A DNA stretch of 32,000 bases, taken from contig NZ_CP064923.1 of assembly GCF_018336915.1 (NCBI RefSeq), positions 4,440,001 through 4,472,000 on the forward strand, given 5' to 3'. The translations under genes and the position numbers were made by a program. Within the stretch, counting starts at the first letter, position 1; the number at the start of each line of letters is the position of its first letter. The notes under the pieces are model-generated. The model did not search any database and was not told where the DNA came from. It saw only the letters and a list, made by a program, of their open reading frames with translations. Source of the DNA: Acaryochloris marina S15 (GTDB taxonomy: Bacteria; Cyanobacteriota; Cyanobacteriia; Thermosynechococcales; Thermosynechococcaceae). Shown in pieces: positions 9,989-19,334 of this stretch.

Positions 9989-11029
9989 ATGCGAGCAATT
10001 TTAAGTGGCTACTATGGTTTCGGCAATGGCGGTGATGAAGCTTTGCTGGCGACCCTGCTGCAAATGCTGCCGGAGGAGGTGTCGCCTTTAGTTTTGTCTT
10101 CTAATCCCAAGCAAACAGCACGGCAATATCAGGTTGAGACTTGCGATCGCAACAATTCCATCCGCGTATTGCAAGCCATGCAACAATCCCAAGCCTTTAT
10201 ATGGGGCGGCGGCAGCCTGATTCAAGATGCAACCAGTGCCCTCAGTCCGGTCTACTATATTGGCCTGATGGGATTGGCCCAAGGACTAGGCTTAAAGACC
10301 ATTGCCTGGGCTCAGGGCATTGGTCCTCTGAAGCGCAAAAGCACTCAAATCCTTGCTCGTCGGGCGTTTCGCAACTGCTCAGCGGTGAGTGTTCGCGATC
10401 CAGCTTCAGCAAAATATATCGAAGATTGGGGCATTCCCTACCAAATAGCTCCCGATCCAGTCTGGAATTTAACGGCAAAATCGGTGGGCTGGGTGGATAA
10501 GCTGCCGTCGCCGAAGGTGGCATTGGTGTTAAGGTCGCATCCCCAACTCACCCCCAATCGCTTACAAAAGCTCACCACAGCTCTACTTAAATTCCAGGCC
10601 CAAACCGAAGCCCATATCCTGATCATTCCCTTTCAAGCTACGCAGGATCTAGAGATTGCTCAATCGATTCATGACAGAATTTCAAACCATAGTTCGCTGA
10701 TTCGTCTGACCAATCCCAGCGACCTTAAAGGGGTCTTCCAAACCGTCGATATGACCATTGCCATGCGCCTGCATGGACTGATTATGGCCGCGGCCGAAGG
10801 CAATCGCTGTTTTGCCCTCAGCTATGACCCTAAGGTTCGCCAATTTATGCAGGCGCAACATTGTCCCGGCTGGAACTTGGATCAAATCCCCGATGACCCT
10901 GAGGTGATTTGCAAAAACTGGCTAGAGCATTTCCAAAAAGGAGAGGGATTGTCGAGGAATGAGATTGTAAATTGCACTCAACAAGCTCTCATGCACCAAC
11001 AGGTATTGCACAAAACTCTCCTTGCATGA
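9989..11029 (+). CDS. csaB: Polysaccharide pyruvyl transferase CsaB
   Basis: MRAILSGYYGFGNGGDEALLATLLQMLP is the CsaB-type N-terminus. I prefer ATG 9989, which is preceded by GGGAGAGG, over the GTG at 9935 given in the ORF track. Confidence 0.75.
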   Translation: MRAILSGYYGFGNGGDEALLATLLQMLPEEVSPLVLSSNPKQTARQYQVETCDRNNSIRVLQAMQQSQAFIWGGGSLIQDATSALSPVYYIGLMGLAQGLGLKTIAWAQGIGPLKRKSTQILARRAFRNCSAVSVRDPASAKYIEDWGIPYQIAPDPVWNLTAKSVGWVDKLPSPKVALVLRSHPQLTPNRLQKLTTALLKFQAQTEAHILIIPFQATQDLEIAQSIHDRISNHSSLIRLTNPSDLKGVFQTVDMTIAMRLHGLIMAAAEGNRCFALSYDPKVRQFMQAQHCPGWNLDQIPDDPEVICKNWLEHFQKGEGLSRNEIVNCTQQALMHQQVLHKTLLA

Positions 11030-11149
11030 CGGAAATAACTATCCTCACGATCAGTTCCCGTCACATGCCTGTCCGCTATCCAAAGACTTTCTGGGTCTTA
11101 TCATCTATTTCCTGTTAATGCACCTATAAATATATGGGTTACGACAAAA

Positions 11150-11422
11150 ATGACGATGACTTCTAACGAAGCATATCAAGAAGCCCAGCAACGGATTGCA
11201 GAAGCCAAAAGGACAGCGGCATCTGTTCTAAACCTGAGTAATTTAAAACTGACGGAGGTCCCCAAGAAACTCGGACAACTCGCCAATCTGAAGGAACTTT
11301 ATCTCTCCCAAAATCAACTGACGGAGGTCCCCAAAGAACTCGGACAACTCGCCAATCTGAAATCTCAATTCAACCAAATCAACTCCAGGCTATTTTCACT
11401 GATTATTGGCATGTCACTCTGA
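11150..11422 (+). pseudogene. Truncated leucine-rich-repeat protein fragment
   Basis: Only two LRR units (LSNLKLTEVPKKLGQLANLKELYLSQNQLTEVPKELGQLANLK), then unrelated sequence and a stop. Full-length cyanobacterial LRR proteins are far longer. Confidence 0.45.
11249..11361 (+). repeat. 69-bp tandem repeat (1.6 copies) encoding the LRR units
   Basis: ctgacggaggtcccca(a)gaaactcggacaactcgccaatctgaa recurs at 11249 and 11318. Confidence 0.8.
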
Positions 11423-11431
11423 AATTCTGAC

Positions 11432-11608
11432 TCATTGTCGAACCTCTATCGACACATCAGGAAAAGCAGGGTAAACACTTTCATCACTGACAGCTGTTTG
11501 AGTCGCATCATCGCCACTTCGTAAGTCTCGAAACACTGTTATCTGTCTTCTAGCGACATCAATGACCCGATATTCACAAATACCTGCTGCAGCATAGAGT
11601 TGTCTGGC
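11432..11608 (-). pseudogene. C-terminal remnant of a Uma2-family (DUF820) endonuclease
   Basis: My minus-strand translation gives ARQLYAAAGICEYRVIDVARRQITVFRDLRSGDDATQTAVSDESVYPAFPDVSIEVRQ*. It is bounded upstream by an in-frame stop at 11609-11611 and has no start codon. The LYA.AGI.EY..D...FP pattern is typical of Uma2 C-termini. Confidence 0.5.
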
Positions 11609-12282
11609 CTATCCCAAAGCACAGAATAAAGTATTCAGTCTAGATTGAACTCAAATTTTTAGTGCTTTTGTACTGCAATTCTTTATGTGATGGCTTCAAC
11701 AAAATCTTTAAAAGACTTCTTAGAATATATATTCTTTTTGCAGGCGGAATTATAACTGATACTTGTCATTCATAGAGCTTAAACGTCGATTTTTTGGAGC
11801 CAAAAAAACGATCAACAGTCTTGGCGAGACTATAAATACTGATGACCACAATATAGTTCCAACATGCACAACATATCTTGACACGAGCATCATCATATGT
11901 TTTTTCGCAGAAAAGTAATTTTTTAGAGATTATTTAAAAGTCGCGGAATTTACCTCCTACATAAAGGCTACAGGAATTACAGCTATAAATTCAATCGCTA
12001 AAAAATCTGCAATTCAAATCTCTCTTGTTTTGATATTTACTTCAGACGACAAAATGATTTATCTGTTTAGTCTTGCAAACTATGTCTTGGCACTCATGAA
12101 ATAAAAATAGACTCATTTCATCACCAATTTTTCACATTCTTAACGTAGTATTAAATTCGCTTACATTTACCTCTGATGTAAAGCAGTTGACCTTATTCCA
12201 GAAATGAGTTAATAGCAGTTTTTGTTACTCAACTGGCTAACATCGACATCTAACAATATTGCTAGGGATTTGGACCAAAAAT

Positions 12283-13437
12283 ATGCCCATTCACATTCAA
12301 GACACTTTCAATGGAACTGCAAGTAGCGAAGAAGTCATCGGTAGTGCCGGCAATGACAAGATATTAGGGGGAGGTGGCAACGATACACTTTGGGGAGCTG
12401 CGGGTAACAATACGCTCTTTGGTGGTAATGGCAACGACTACCTAGGCGATCAAGGCGGAAATAGCCTGCTCTGGGGAGGCAATGGCAATGATGAGTTGTT
12501 TGGAGATGGGGGTAACGACACCTTACATGGCGGCAGTGGCAACGACACTGTTCTAGGTGGCAATGGCAACGATATCCTGTACGCAAATTTTGGCTCAGAT
12601 ATGCTCAGAGGCGGAAATGGCCTCGATACAATTTACGGTGCAAATGGCAACGACACCCTAGTCGGTGACGGTGGTGCCGATGTTTTGTATGGCCGTGCTG
12701 GCAACGACGTTTTCGTTGGTGGCAATGAATCCGGCAAAGGTGATCGGCTCTATGGACAGTCTGGGAATGACACCATGAGTGGATGCAGGGGAGATGACTC
12801 TCTATATGGTGGCTATGGCAACGATTCTCTCAAAGGCGGTCGAGATAATGATCTATTAGATGGTGGCCATGGGCAGGATTACCTCCTTGGCGGTTTTGGC
12901 AATGACATCATCAGAGGCTCTTTTGGCAATGACACTGTAGTGGGGGGAAATGAAGCAGGTGGAGATACGCTATATGGCGATCAAGGAAATGATTCGCTGT
13001 TAGCGTGTGAAGGGGATGATCACCTATTCGGAGGAACAGGTAATGATTCTATCAAAGGAGGCGGTGGGGATAACCTGATCATGGGTAATCAAGGCAATGA
13101 CACTCTGCAGGGTGGCTATGGCAACGATATCTTCCGATTTGAATCTGCTGCAGATGGTAGCGATATCATTCTGGATTACAAGACTGCGGAGGATCAAATT
13201 GAAGTTGACGGCAGTAACTTTGGGCTGGCTAAAGGCATACTATCTGCAGATGCATTTGTCTTAGGGGCGAGAGCCCAAGACAGTGGTGATCGGTTTATCT
13301 ATAACCAAAGTTCAGGTCAGCTATTCTTCGACGCTGATGGGAGTGGTGGTCAAAGCCAAACCCTTCTAGCCACCTTGTCCAATCCTTCTTGGTCCAATCG
13401 TTCAGGATTCTCCAATAGCGAAATTTCTGTGATTTAA
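12283..13437 (+). CDS. RTX-type (hemolysin-type) calcium-binding repeat protein, probable type I secretion substrate
   Basis: More than 25 GGxGxD nonapeptide-type repeats (GGNGNDTLxG...) and a C-terminal ..DRFIYNQSSGQLFFDADGSGGQSQTLLATL module. ATG 12283 is preferred over the TTG at 12259. Confidence 0.85.
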   Translation: MPIHIQDTFNGTASSEEVIGSAGNDKILGGGGNDTLWGAAGNNTLFGGNGNDYLGDQGGNSLLWGGNGNDELFGDGGNDTLHGGSGNDTVLGGNGNDILYANFGSDMLRGGNGLDTIYGANGNDTLVGDGGADVLYGRAGNDVFVGGNESGKGDRLYGQSGNDTMSGCRGDDSLYGGYGNDSLKGGRDNDLLDGGHGQDYLLGGFGNDIIRGSFGNDTVVGGNEAGGDTLYGDQGNDSLLACEGDDHLFGGTGNDSIKGGGGDNLIMGNQGNDTLQGGYGNDIFRFESAADGSDIILDYKTAEDQIEVDGSNFGLAKGILSADAFVLGARAQDSGDRFIYNQSSGQLFFDADGSGGQSQTLLATLSNPSWSNRSGFSNSEISVI

Positions 13438-13495
13438 CAAGACCCTGTCATATTTGCCAAATTGTTTATCGGCAAATATTCCTTACTCATCATGA

Positions 13496-13556
13496 GCAAA
13501 AAGCAAGCCCATCTGCCCAGTCTTAGTCAATCTGGGCAGATGGGCTTGCTTTTTGC
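13496..13556. terminator. Perfect 25-bp stem hairpin between convergent genes (probable bidirectional intrinsic terminator)
   Basis: gcaaaaagcaagcccatctgcccag (13496-13520) is the exact reverse complement of 13532-13556, with an 11-nt loop. The A5/T5 runs lie inside the arms. A second 9-bp hairpin (atatttgcc / ggcaaatat) lies at 13450-13479. Confidence 0.6.
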
Positions 13557-13585
13557 TTGGATTTTGTAGAAACATTCATCAAGAT

Positions 13586-14272
13586 CTAGTGATTTTGCTG
13601 GGTGTTCTTATCTGTATCAAAGATATAGCGATGCCTTAGATCCGCTGCACCATAGACATTAAAGGTGTAGGTTGGTTTTTGGGCATTAGCTGAGCTGAGA
13701 GAACAGATATTATGAATGGCATCTGGCATCATTCCCAAAATATCTCCTGGCTTTAAAACACACTGACTTGCGGGGAGAAGATGAGCAAAGTTGGCTTGCT
13801 GACCATCATCTTGTCGACACCAAAATTGATTTTTTTCCTGGCCACAGGTGCTATCTCCTAACAAGGCAATGACACTCCAAGCAGCATGATTATGAACAGG
13901 AGACTGGAGGCCAGGGCTCCAGGCAACAATTTTGACAGTAAAGGGATAACCGGGTTCCCGATATAGTCTTTGGGTGGATATCCCGGACTCAGGGTCAGGA
14001 TGCGGACAAGCTTGGTAGATCCAGAGAGACTGAGTGATTAAGCGGTGAACCAGGATAGTGGCAATGCGGACACGATCGCGATCATCTGCGACAGATGCCA
14101 CCATATCTTCTAGATCGCACAGAAAACGACAAAATCGATAGGGATGACGTTCAGGAAAAAGGTCTAAGCCTGACGTTGGCAGCTGCATTGGGGTGCATTC
14201 TCCTTGGGCACCAACTTCTAGTCGATTGAAGCGAGGTGGATTAGCAGACGTCATGGATTTCCCATCTATCAA
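13586..14272 (-). CDS. Cysteine-dioxygenase-type cupin family protein
   Basis: VAWSPGLQSPVHNHAAWSVIALLGDSTCGQE resembles the CDO type I metal-binding strand (W.pGq.S.iH.H). Confidence 0.5.
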   Translation of the reverse strand: MIDGKSMTSANPPRFNRLEVGAQGECTPMQLPTSGLDLFPERHPYRFCRFLCDLEDMVASVADDRDRVRIATILVHRLITQSLWIYQACPHPDPESGISTQRLYREPGYPFTVKIVAWSPGLQSPVHNHAAWSVIALLGDSTCGQEKNQFWCRQDDGQQANFAHLLPASQCVLKPGDILGMMPDAIHNICSLSSANAQKPTYTFNVYGAADLRHRYIFDTDKNTQQNH

Positions 14273-14599
14273 AGCGGATCTAGCATACTGTATCGCTATC
14301 TGTCCCAGTCTTTACACCCCACGACTTTAGAGAGAACAGATCCCAATCCCTGGGGTGGCCACTTCTGCAATCCATGATTTTTGACAGAAATCTGTCCGCA
14401 AGCGATCAGGGACTATCCCTAAAGATCAGTTTTTTTCCAGGGGTCGTCAAAAATACCGCAGAGAATTCTTTTGGGTGCATCACAATTAAATCCCAAATCA
14501 GAAAACCCAAATCATCAGACTATCTCAACCCAGCTCTTAGACTAATCTGAGAACAGTCGCGGCTAGAGTTAGCCAGCAAGCCAGCCCTGATCATGCAAT

Positions 14600-15157
14600 T
14601 TAATCGGCAAGATGCTGATTCAGCAGCTCATTACGATTTTTCTGTGGGGCAGCTGCCAAACAAGGAACGATTTGCCATTGAGTATCCACGCGTTCCAGAG
14701 ATGCAACTAACAGCATCGTCACGCCCTGCCACTGAGCATTAGATAAGGAACACTGCAACAACACCCCTTGGTTGGCATCATCCAATAGTCGCCAAAATGC
14801 ATTCTTTGCCTGACTAAAATCTTGCTTCTGCGCTTCCCCACAATCAATAGAGACCACAAACAAAAGCTTGATGATATCTGCCGGTAACGTCAACAAATGG
14901 ATTAATAGCTGTTCATCATCCCCCTCACCTTCACCCGTCAGATTGTCATTGAGCAGCTTAATCGCCCTAGATGGATGGCGGCGATGCCCCGCATAAATCA
15001 TGCCCTCTTTCCCTTCCACCAATTTCCCATCCGCTCCAAGAGCCAAGACCGCCATATCTAGATCTAGGGCTGTTTTGGTTTGAATATCCCAGCCGAGACC
15101 ACAGCGGAGTTGAGCAACATGCTTGGGCAAAGATTGAGGTGCAGGATCAGGAGTCAT
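14600..15157 (-). CDS. TerD-family stress-response domain protein
   Basis: Motifs LRCGLGWD, LDLDMAVLALGADGKL, NDNLTGEGEGDDEQLLIHL and LLFVVSI follow the TerD-domain order. Confidence 0.7.
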   Translation of the reverse strand: MTPDPAPQSLPKHVAQLRCGLGWDIQTKTALDLDMAVLALGADGKLVEGKEGMIYAGHRRHPSRAIKLLNDNLTGEGEGDDEQLLIHLLTLPADIIKLLFVVSIDCGEAQKQDFSQAKNAFWRLLDDANQGVLLQCSLSNAQWQGVTMLLVASLERVDTQWQIVPCLAAAPQKNRNELLNQHLAD

Positions 15158-15300
15158 ACCGCAGAGTAATGTGGATGTACTCTACACAATATCAAGATCA
15201 GGGGCAGAGATTGATCAGCCGTTTATAGACCTCAACGCAACAAAAACAAAGACCATCGCCAACATGAGGTCTCCGCTGCTGTCCGATCACGCTTTCAGCC

Positions 15301-16236
15301 TTAAGACAGCACCTGAATGCCACTACTACAAAATTTAGTCACTAGAATTTCTAAATCTGGATCAGGCAGAGCCGTTTGTAACTGTGTCGCCATCAACTCC
15401 GCATTAGATCTCGACTCTGCCAACCCAAATACCGTTGGCCCAGACCCCGACATCATCGTTCCCAACGCCCCAAAGGATTGCAGTAAATCTCGAATTTCTT
15501 GCACCTGGGGATATTCCGGCAAGACCACTTTTTCCAAATCGTTATACAGATGTTGAGGCACTTCCAGAGAATCGCGATGGGTAATCGCTGCCATTAACTC
15601 CACTGAATGTCCTTCACGCCGCCGCCGTTCCAGGGCTTCTGGATCACGGGCATAGGATTCACTAAATTGTTGACGATAGGTTTTGTAGGCCCAAGGGGTG
15701 GCAACGGACAAGCTCCGATACTTTGCCAACACCCCATAAAGCTGATCCAAGTCGGGAAGGGGCGTGAGTTCTTCCCCGCGTCCCAAGGCCAAGGCCGTTC
15801 CCCCCGACACACAAAAGGGAATATCAGACCCTAACTTAGCCGCATAGGTATGGAGTTCAGCTTGGGTTAACCCCAAATTCCACATCAAATCCAAGCCCAC
15901 CAACACTGCTGCCGCATCCGCAGAGCCCCCTGCCAACCCCGCGCCAATGGGAATTTTTTTATCAATCGTAATCGCGACGCCACCTTTGCCTGGATACTGC
16001 TCCTGCATCAAGCGAGCGGCTCGATGGGCTAGGTTCGTCTCATCACAGGGCACCTGGGGATGATTGCAGTGCAATTGAATCCGATCGCCACCGAGGGGCT
16101 GTAACTCTACAATGTCCGCCAAGCTAATGCTCTGCAGCACCATTACCAACTCATGGAACCCGTCGGGTCGATCGCCAATAATTTCTAACAGCAGGTTGAT
16201 CTTGGCAGGCGCTTTCAGCGTATAAGCATGCATCAT
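15301..16236 (-). CDS. ispE: 4-diphosphocytidyl-2-C-methyl-D-erythritol kinase
   Basis: APAKINLLLEIIGDRPDGFHELVMVLQSISLAD plus the GHMP-kinase motif PIGAGLAGGSADAAA. Confidence 0.9.
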   Translation of the reverse strand: MMHAYTLKAPAKINLLLEIIGDRPDGFHELVMVLQSISLADIVELQPLGGDRIQLHCNHPQVPCDETNLAHRAARLMQEQYPGKGGVAITIDKKIPIGAGLAGGSADAAAVLVGLDLMWNLGLTQAELHTYAAKLGSDIPFCVSGGTALALGRGEELTPLPDLDQLYGVLAKYRSLSVATPWAYKTYRQQFSESYARDPEALERRRREGHSVELMAAITHRDSLEVPQHLYNDLEKVVLPEYPQVQEIRDLLQSFGALGTMMSGSGPTVFGLAESRSNAELMATQLQTALPDPDLEILVTKFCSSGIQVLS

Positions 16237-16281
16237 AAGTTAGCGGACAGATTGACCGGTGCATTCAACACTCTACCTCGT

Positions 16282-17091
16282 CTATACCTGGCTTGGATGC
16301 ACCGCATCACTTAAAGCAATCCACTGGGCTACACTCAGTTCCTCGGCACGAGCCTGGAGACTGATATTGAGGGTATTCAAGCAATCCGATAGCTGGTCTC
16401 GATCCACTAATGCCTTGAGGTTATTCCGTAGCATCTTCCGACGACTGCCAAATCCCACCTTCAATAAGGTTGAAAGCCATTGCGGGTTTTGGGCAGGTTG
16501 GGGATAGGGACGAGGGGTCAGCCGCACCACTGCCGACTCGACTTTAGGGGCGGGTTTAAAGGCAGAGGCGGGAACTGGACAAATCAATTCACAATGGGCG
16601 AGATATTGCGACCTAACCGATAATCCGTTAAAGGTCTTCGAACCCGGTTCGGCCACCAACCGATCCGCCACCTCTTTCTGGACGAGCAACACGACCGTTT
16701 CATAAATCGGTTGTGCTGGCTCATCAATACGTCCCAGGACCTTACTGAGAATCGGGCTCGTGATGTTGTAGGGAATATTGGCAACGATTTTATTGGGTTG
16801 CGCATCTGCTAGCTCTGCAGCAACATCTATGTTCAGAAAGTCCTGCTCTAATAACGTGAAATTGTCCTGGTCCTTGAAGGTATAGCGGAGAGATTTGCAT
16901 AAGTCCCGATCCAACTCAACCGAAACAACAGACTGGGCTTGAGCCAGAAGTTCTCGGGTTAAGACACCTCTGCCCGGTCCTATTTCAAGGATGCGATCGC
17001 ACTCCTGTATATTGGCTGCAACAATAATTTCACGGAGCACAGCTTGGCTTTTCAACCAATGCTGAGCAAAACGTTTACGGGGCCTAGGCAT
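16282..17091 (-). CDS. rsmA: 16S rRNA (adenine1518/1519-N6)-dimethyltransferase
   Basis: RKRFAQHWL, SAM-binding site ILEIGPGRGVLT, and NIPYNITSPIL. The rsmA-ispE adjacency is common. Confidence 0.9.
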   Translation of the reverse strand: MPRPRKRFAQHWLKSQAVLREIIVAANIQECDRILEIGPGRGVLTRELLAQAQSVVSVELDRDLCKSLRYTFKDQDNFTLLEQDFLNIDVAAELADAQPNKIVANIPYNITSPILSKVLGRIDEPAQPIYETVVLLVQKEVADRLVAEPGSKTFNGLSVRSQYLAHCELICPVPASAFKPAPKVESAVVRLTPRPYPQPAQNPQWLSTLLKVGFGSRRKMLRNNLKALVDRDQLSDCLNTLNISLQARAEELSVAQWIALSDAVHPSQV

Positions 17092-18307
17092 TGTAGAGTT
17101 ACCGAAACACCCTCATATTAGCCTGTGACTCAACCTTCACCCCATACATTCTTAATCTTTTCATAATAAACTCCTCAAATCACCCAGGCGTCTAGTAACA
17201 AACACTTAATTATTCCTGCAAAATGTATTTAAGAATACATTCTTGTGATTAGGATCACTTATCCAGATGATGTGGATCAGTAATGTACTTGCAGGTGATA
17301 GATTCTGTGTTTTTCCAACTCAACTTATTGATTCAATAGTTGAGTCATAAAGTTTGTCGTAGCATATGCCCTTAAAAGGGCAATAACACGACAACAGTTT
17401 AGTATTGGTCACTACACTCACTTTCAATAATGAACAAAAGAATATTATTCCCAAACCAGGGATACTGTAAGTTGTACAGCACAGTTTTTGTCGTCAGGAT
17501 TAACTAGCTTCACTAATAATCCTCAAACAATATCTTCTACGCTGCACAAACTGAATTCATAATTCCATAAAGAAGTGACTATAAAATCTTAGCCAGGAAG
17601 TTTTCTATGTTCGTGAATGAGTAGAGACATCTCTCTCTTTCTAAGAAAATGCCAAAAACTTTCCTCAATAGATTCAGAAAACTCATGTTCAAATTTTTGG
17701 AACGAGTTAAAGTCTATCCTTACTGAAGGCATCTTCAGTGATAAGTTCGCATATTGAAGATAGTCCTCTCTCCAAAAAAGTAGATTTAAGGTTCTAAAGC
17801 AGCTTCTTTTAATGCTAAATACCTGCATGCATAGACTCTAAACAGATGCAGCCGAGTCTTTGTCTACTATGAACCTGAGAGCTATCAAGCTTTTACAAGT
17901 CGCTTCTGACGAGTACATTCAAATATCAGTGCCATACTTAATTGATAAACTAGAGCTCAAAAAAATAGACACAAAGAAAATATTTAGAAGGAAAAGCATA
18001 GAATATTCAGATGTGTATCATCAATCCATATAATTTCTGTGGGATAAAACTATCTATCAGGCAAAAACTTTAGTGCAACTACTTTTCTCAATACAATGTG
18101 ATATCAAACAAGTGAACTAGCATATTAACAATACAATTCTTATTCTTGAGTCAAGCTCAGGAAGCCCAAGGTTTTATTTTACATTTTAGAACCTTGGGCT
18201 TTTATATATATCCCTCTAATCTCCACTCAATAAACTTTCACAAAAAAGCATCTATATACCATTATTAGGTAACTTGATTTATTTAATATTTTTTCAAAAA
18301 AAAAAGC

Positions 18308-18336
18308 TTGACTTAGAATAATCACTACGGTATTAA
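18308..18336 (+). promoter_or_regulatory. Candidate sigma70-type promoter for the peptide array
   Basis: TTGACT (18308-18313), exactly 17 nt of spacer, then TATTAA (18331-18336). It is preceded by an A/T tract (tttatttaatattttttcaaaaaaaaaa) and lies about 140 nt upstream of the first peptide ATG. Confidence 0.4.
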
Positions 18337-18479
18337 TGTAATAGACAATCAAAAGTATTCATCGGGAGCAAAATCGAATACTTCTGAAAAACCTAAACAA
18401 GCAAACTTAATTTTCAATTAAAAAATCAAGTTTGTTCCATATAAACGATTAAATACCTTAGTGCAAGTGAGGTCATATT

Positions 18480-18713
18480 ATGTCTGAATTATTTACTGAA
18501 TTGTCTGATCAGCAGCAAGAACTTGTTGCTGGTGGTTCAGTGACGCTACTCAACGTCAATGCCACAAATTTCTACTCCAATACTGAAATCCTTGGGGCTG
18601 CTGGGGCTGCTGGCTCTACTCCAGGTGGATCAGTGGCTGTTGGTGAAATTGCTGGTGCGAACCAAGAAATTTATACCAATGCTCTTGGTGTTCAATTTGG
18701 TAATGTTACTTAG
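18480..18713 (+). CDS. Double-glycine-leader secreted peptide precursor P1 (77 aa)
   Basis: Leader MSELFTELSDQQQELVAGG followed by a 58-aa Gly/Ala/Asn-rich core. GAGG lies 7 nt upstream of the ATG. Paralogous to P2-P5 and linked to the HlyD/C39-ABC genes. Confidence 0.85.
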   Translation: MSELFTELSDQQQELVAGGSVTLLNVNATNFYSNTEILGAAGAAGSTPGGSVAVGEIAGANQEIYTNALGVQFGNVT

Positions 18714-18986
18714 GAAAAGGCTAACGCTAACCTAATCATTACCAACATTCAGTTGTATTGAGAACAACCAAGAGCTGATCTTAATTGTGAACCTAGTACT
18801 CCACCACATAGAAGATGGTAGGTTCCCAAAAGCTAAGATTCATTTTTAATCAAGGGTTTTGCTTTCAGTAACTCTGCCACAATCCCTATGGCACAGTACC
18901 CGGATATTCACATTCATGTTGAGTCTGGCTTTTGGTTATTTCCAAGCTATATTCACGTTCATTTATTAGTGCAAGTGAGATCTATC

Positions 18987-19220
18987 ATGTCTGAATTATT
19001 TACTGAACTGTCTGATCAACAGCAAGAGATTGTCGCTGGTGGATCAGTCACACTACTCAACGTCAATGCCACAAATTTCTACTCCAATACTGAAATCCTT
19101 GGTGCTGCTGGGGCTGCTGGCTCCACACCAGGTGGATCAGTTGCTGTTGGCGAAATTGCTGGTGCGAACCAAGAAATTGACACTAAAGCGCTTAGTGTTC
19201 AATTCGGTAATGTTGCTTAG
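18987..19220 (+). CDS. Double-glycine-leader secreted peptide precursor P2 (77 aa)
   Basis: Internal ATG of track ORF 18888-19220. It aligns codon-for-codon with P1 and carries the same upstream tgcaagtgag motif. Confidence 0.85.
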   Translation: MSELFTELSDQQQEIVAGGSVTLLNVNATNFYSNTEILGAAGAAGSTPGGSVAVGEIAGANQEIDTKALSVQFGNVA

Positions 19221-19334
19221 GCATCGTTTTGCCCTAACAACATAATCCTATTTTGCAAGACTACTGAAAGTAGGTATAACCCATACAAACAAACTAGCGA
19301 ACATTATTTTTCTAGTTTGAATATAAGCTTCTCA

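Noticed and set aside
12335-12586. 83-aa His/Cys/Arg-rich ORF antisense to the RTX gene
   Set aside because: It is a shadow ORF produced by the GGxGxD codon periodicity. Its composition is implausible and it is fully nested in a strongly supported gene.
12283-13437. RTX protein as a substrate of the HlyD/C39-ABC system at 21-26 kb
   Set aside because: C39-peptidase exporters handle N-terminal GG-leader cargo, whereas RTX proteins use C-terminal signals and C39-less or CLD-type ABCs. The genes are 8 kb apart and separated by core genes on the opposite strand.
17589-17828. 79-aa minus-strand ORF in the AT-rich leader region; also a 54-aa plus-strand ORF at 17869-18033
   Set aside because: Neither has a recognisable motif or a convincing RBS. 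In AT-rich DNA, ORFs of this size arise by chance. They could be a small immunity or regulatory gene, but I cannot support that.
18888-18986. Long form of P2 (110-aa ORF starting at 18888)
   Set aside because: The extra 33 aa (MAQYPDIHIHVESGFW...) have no counterpart in P1 or P3. The conserved tgcaagtgag/SD box lies inside the extension, just before the internal ATG at 18987.
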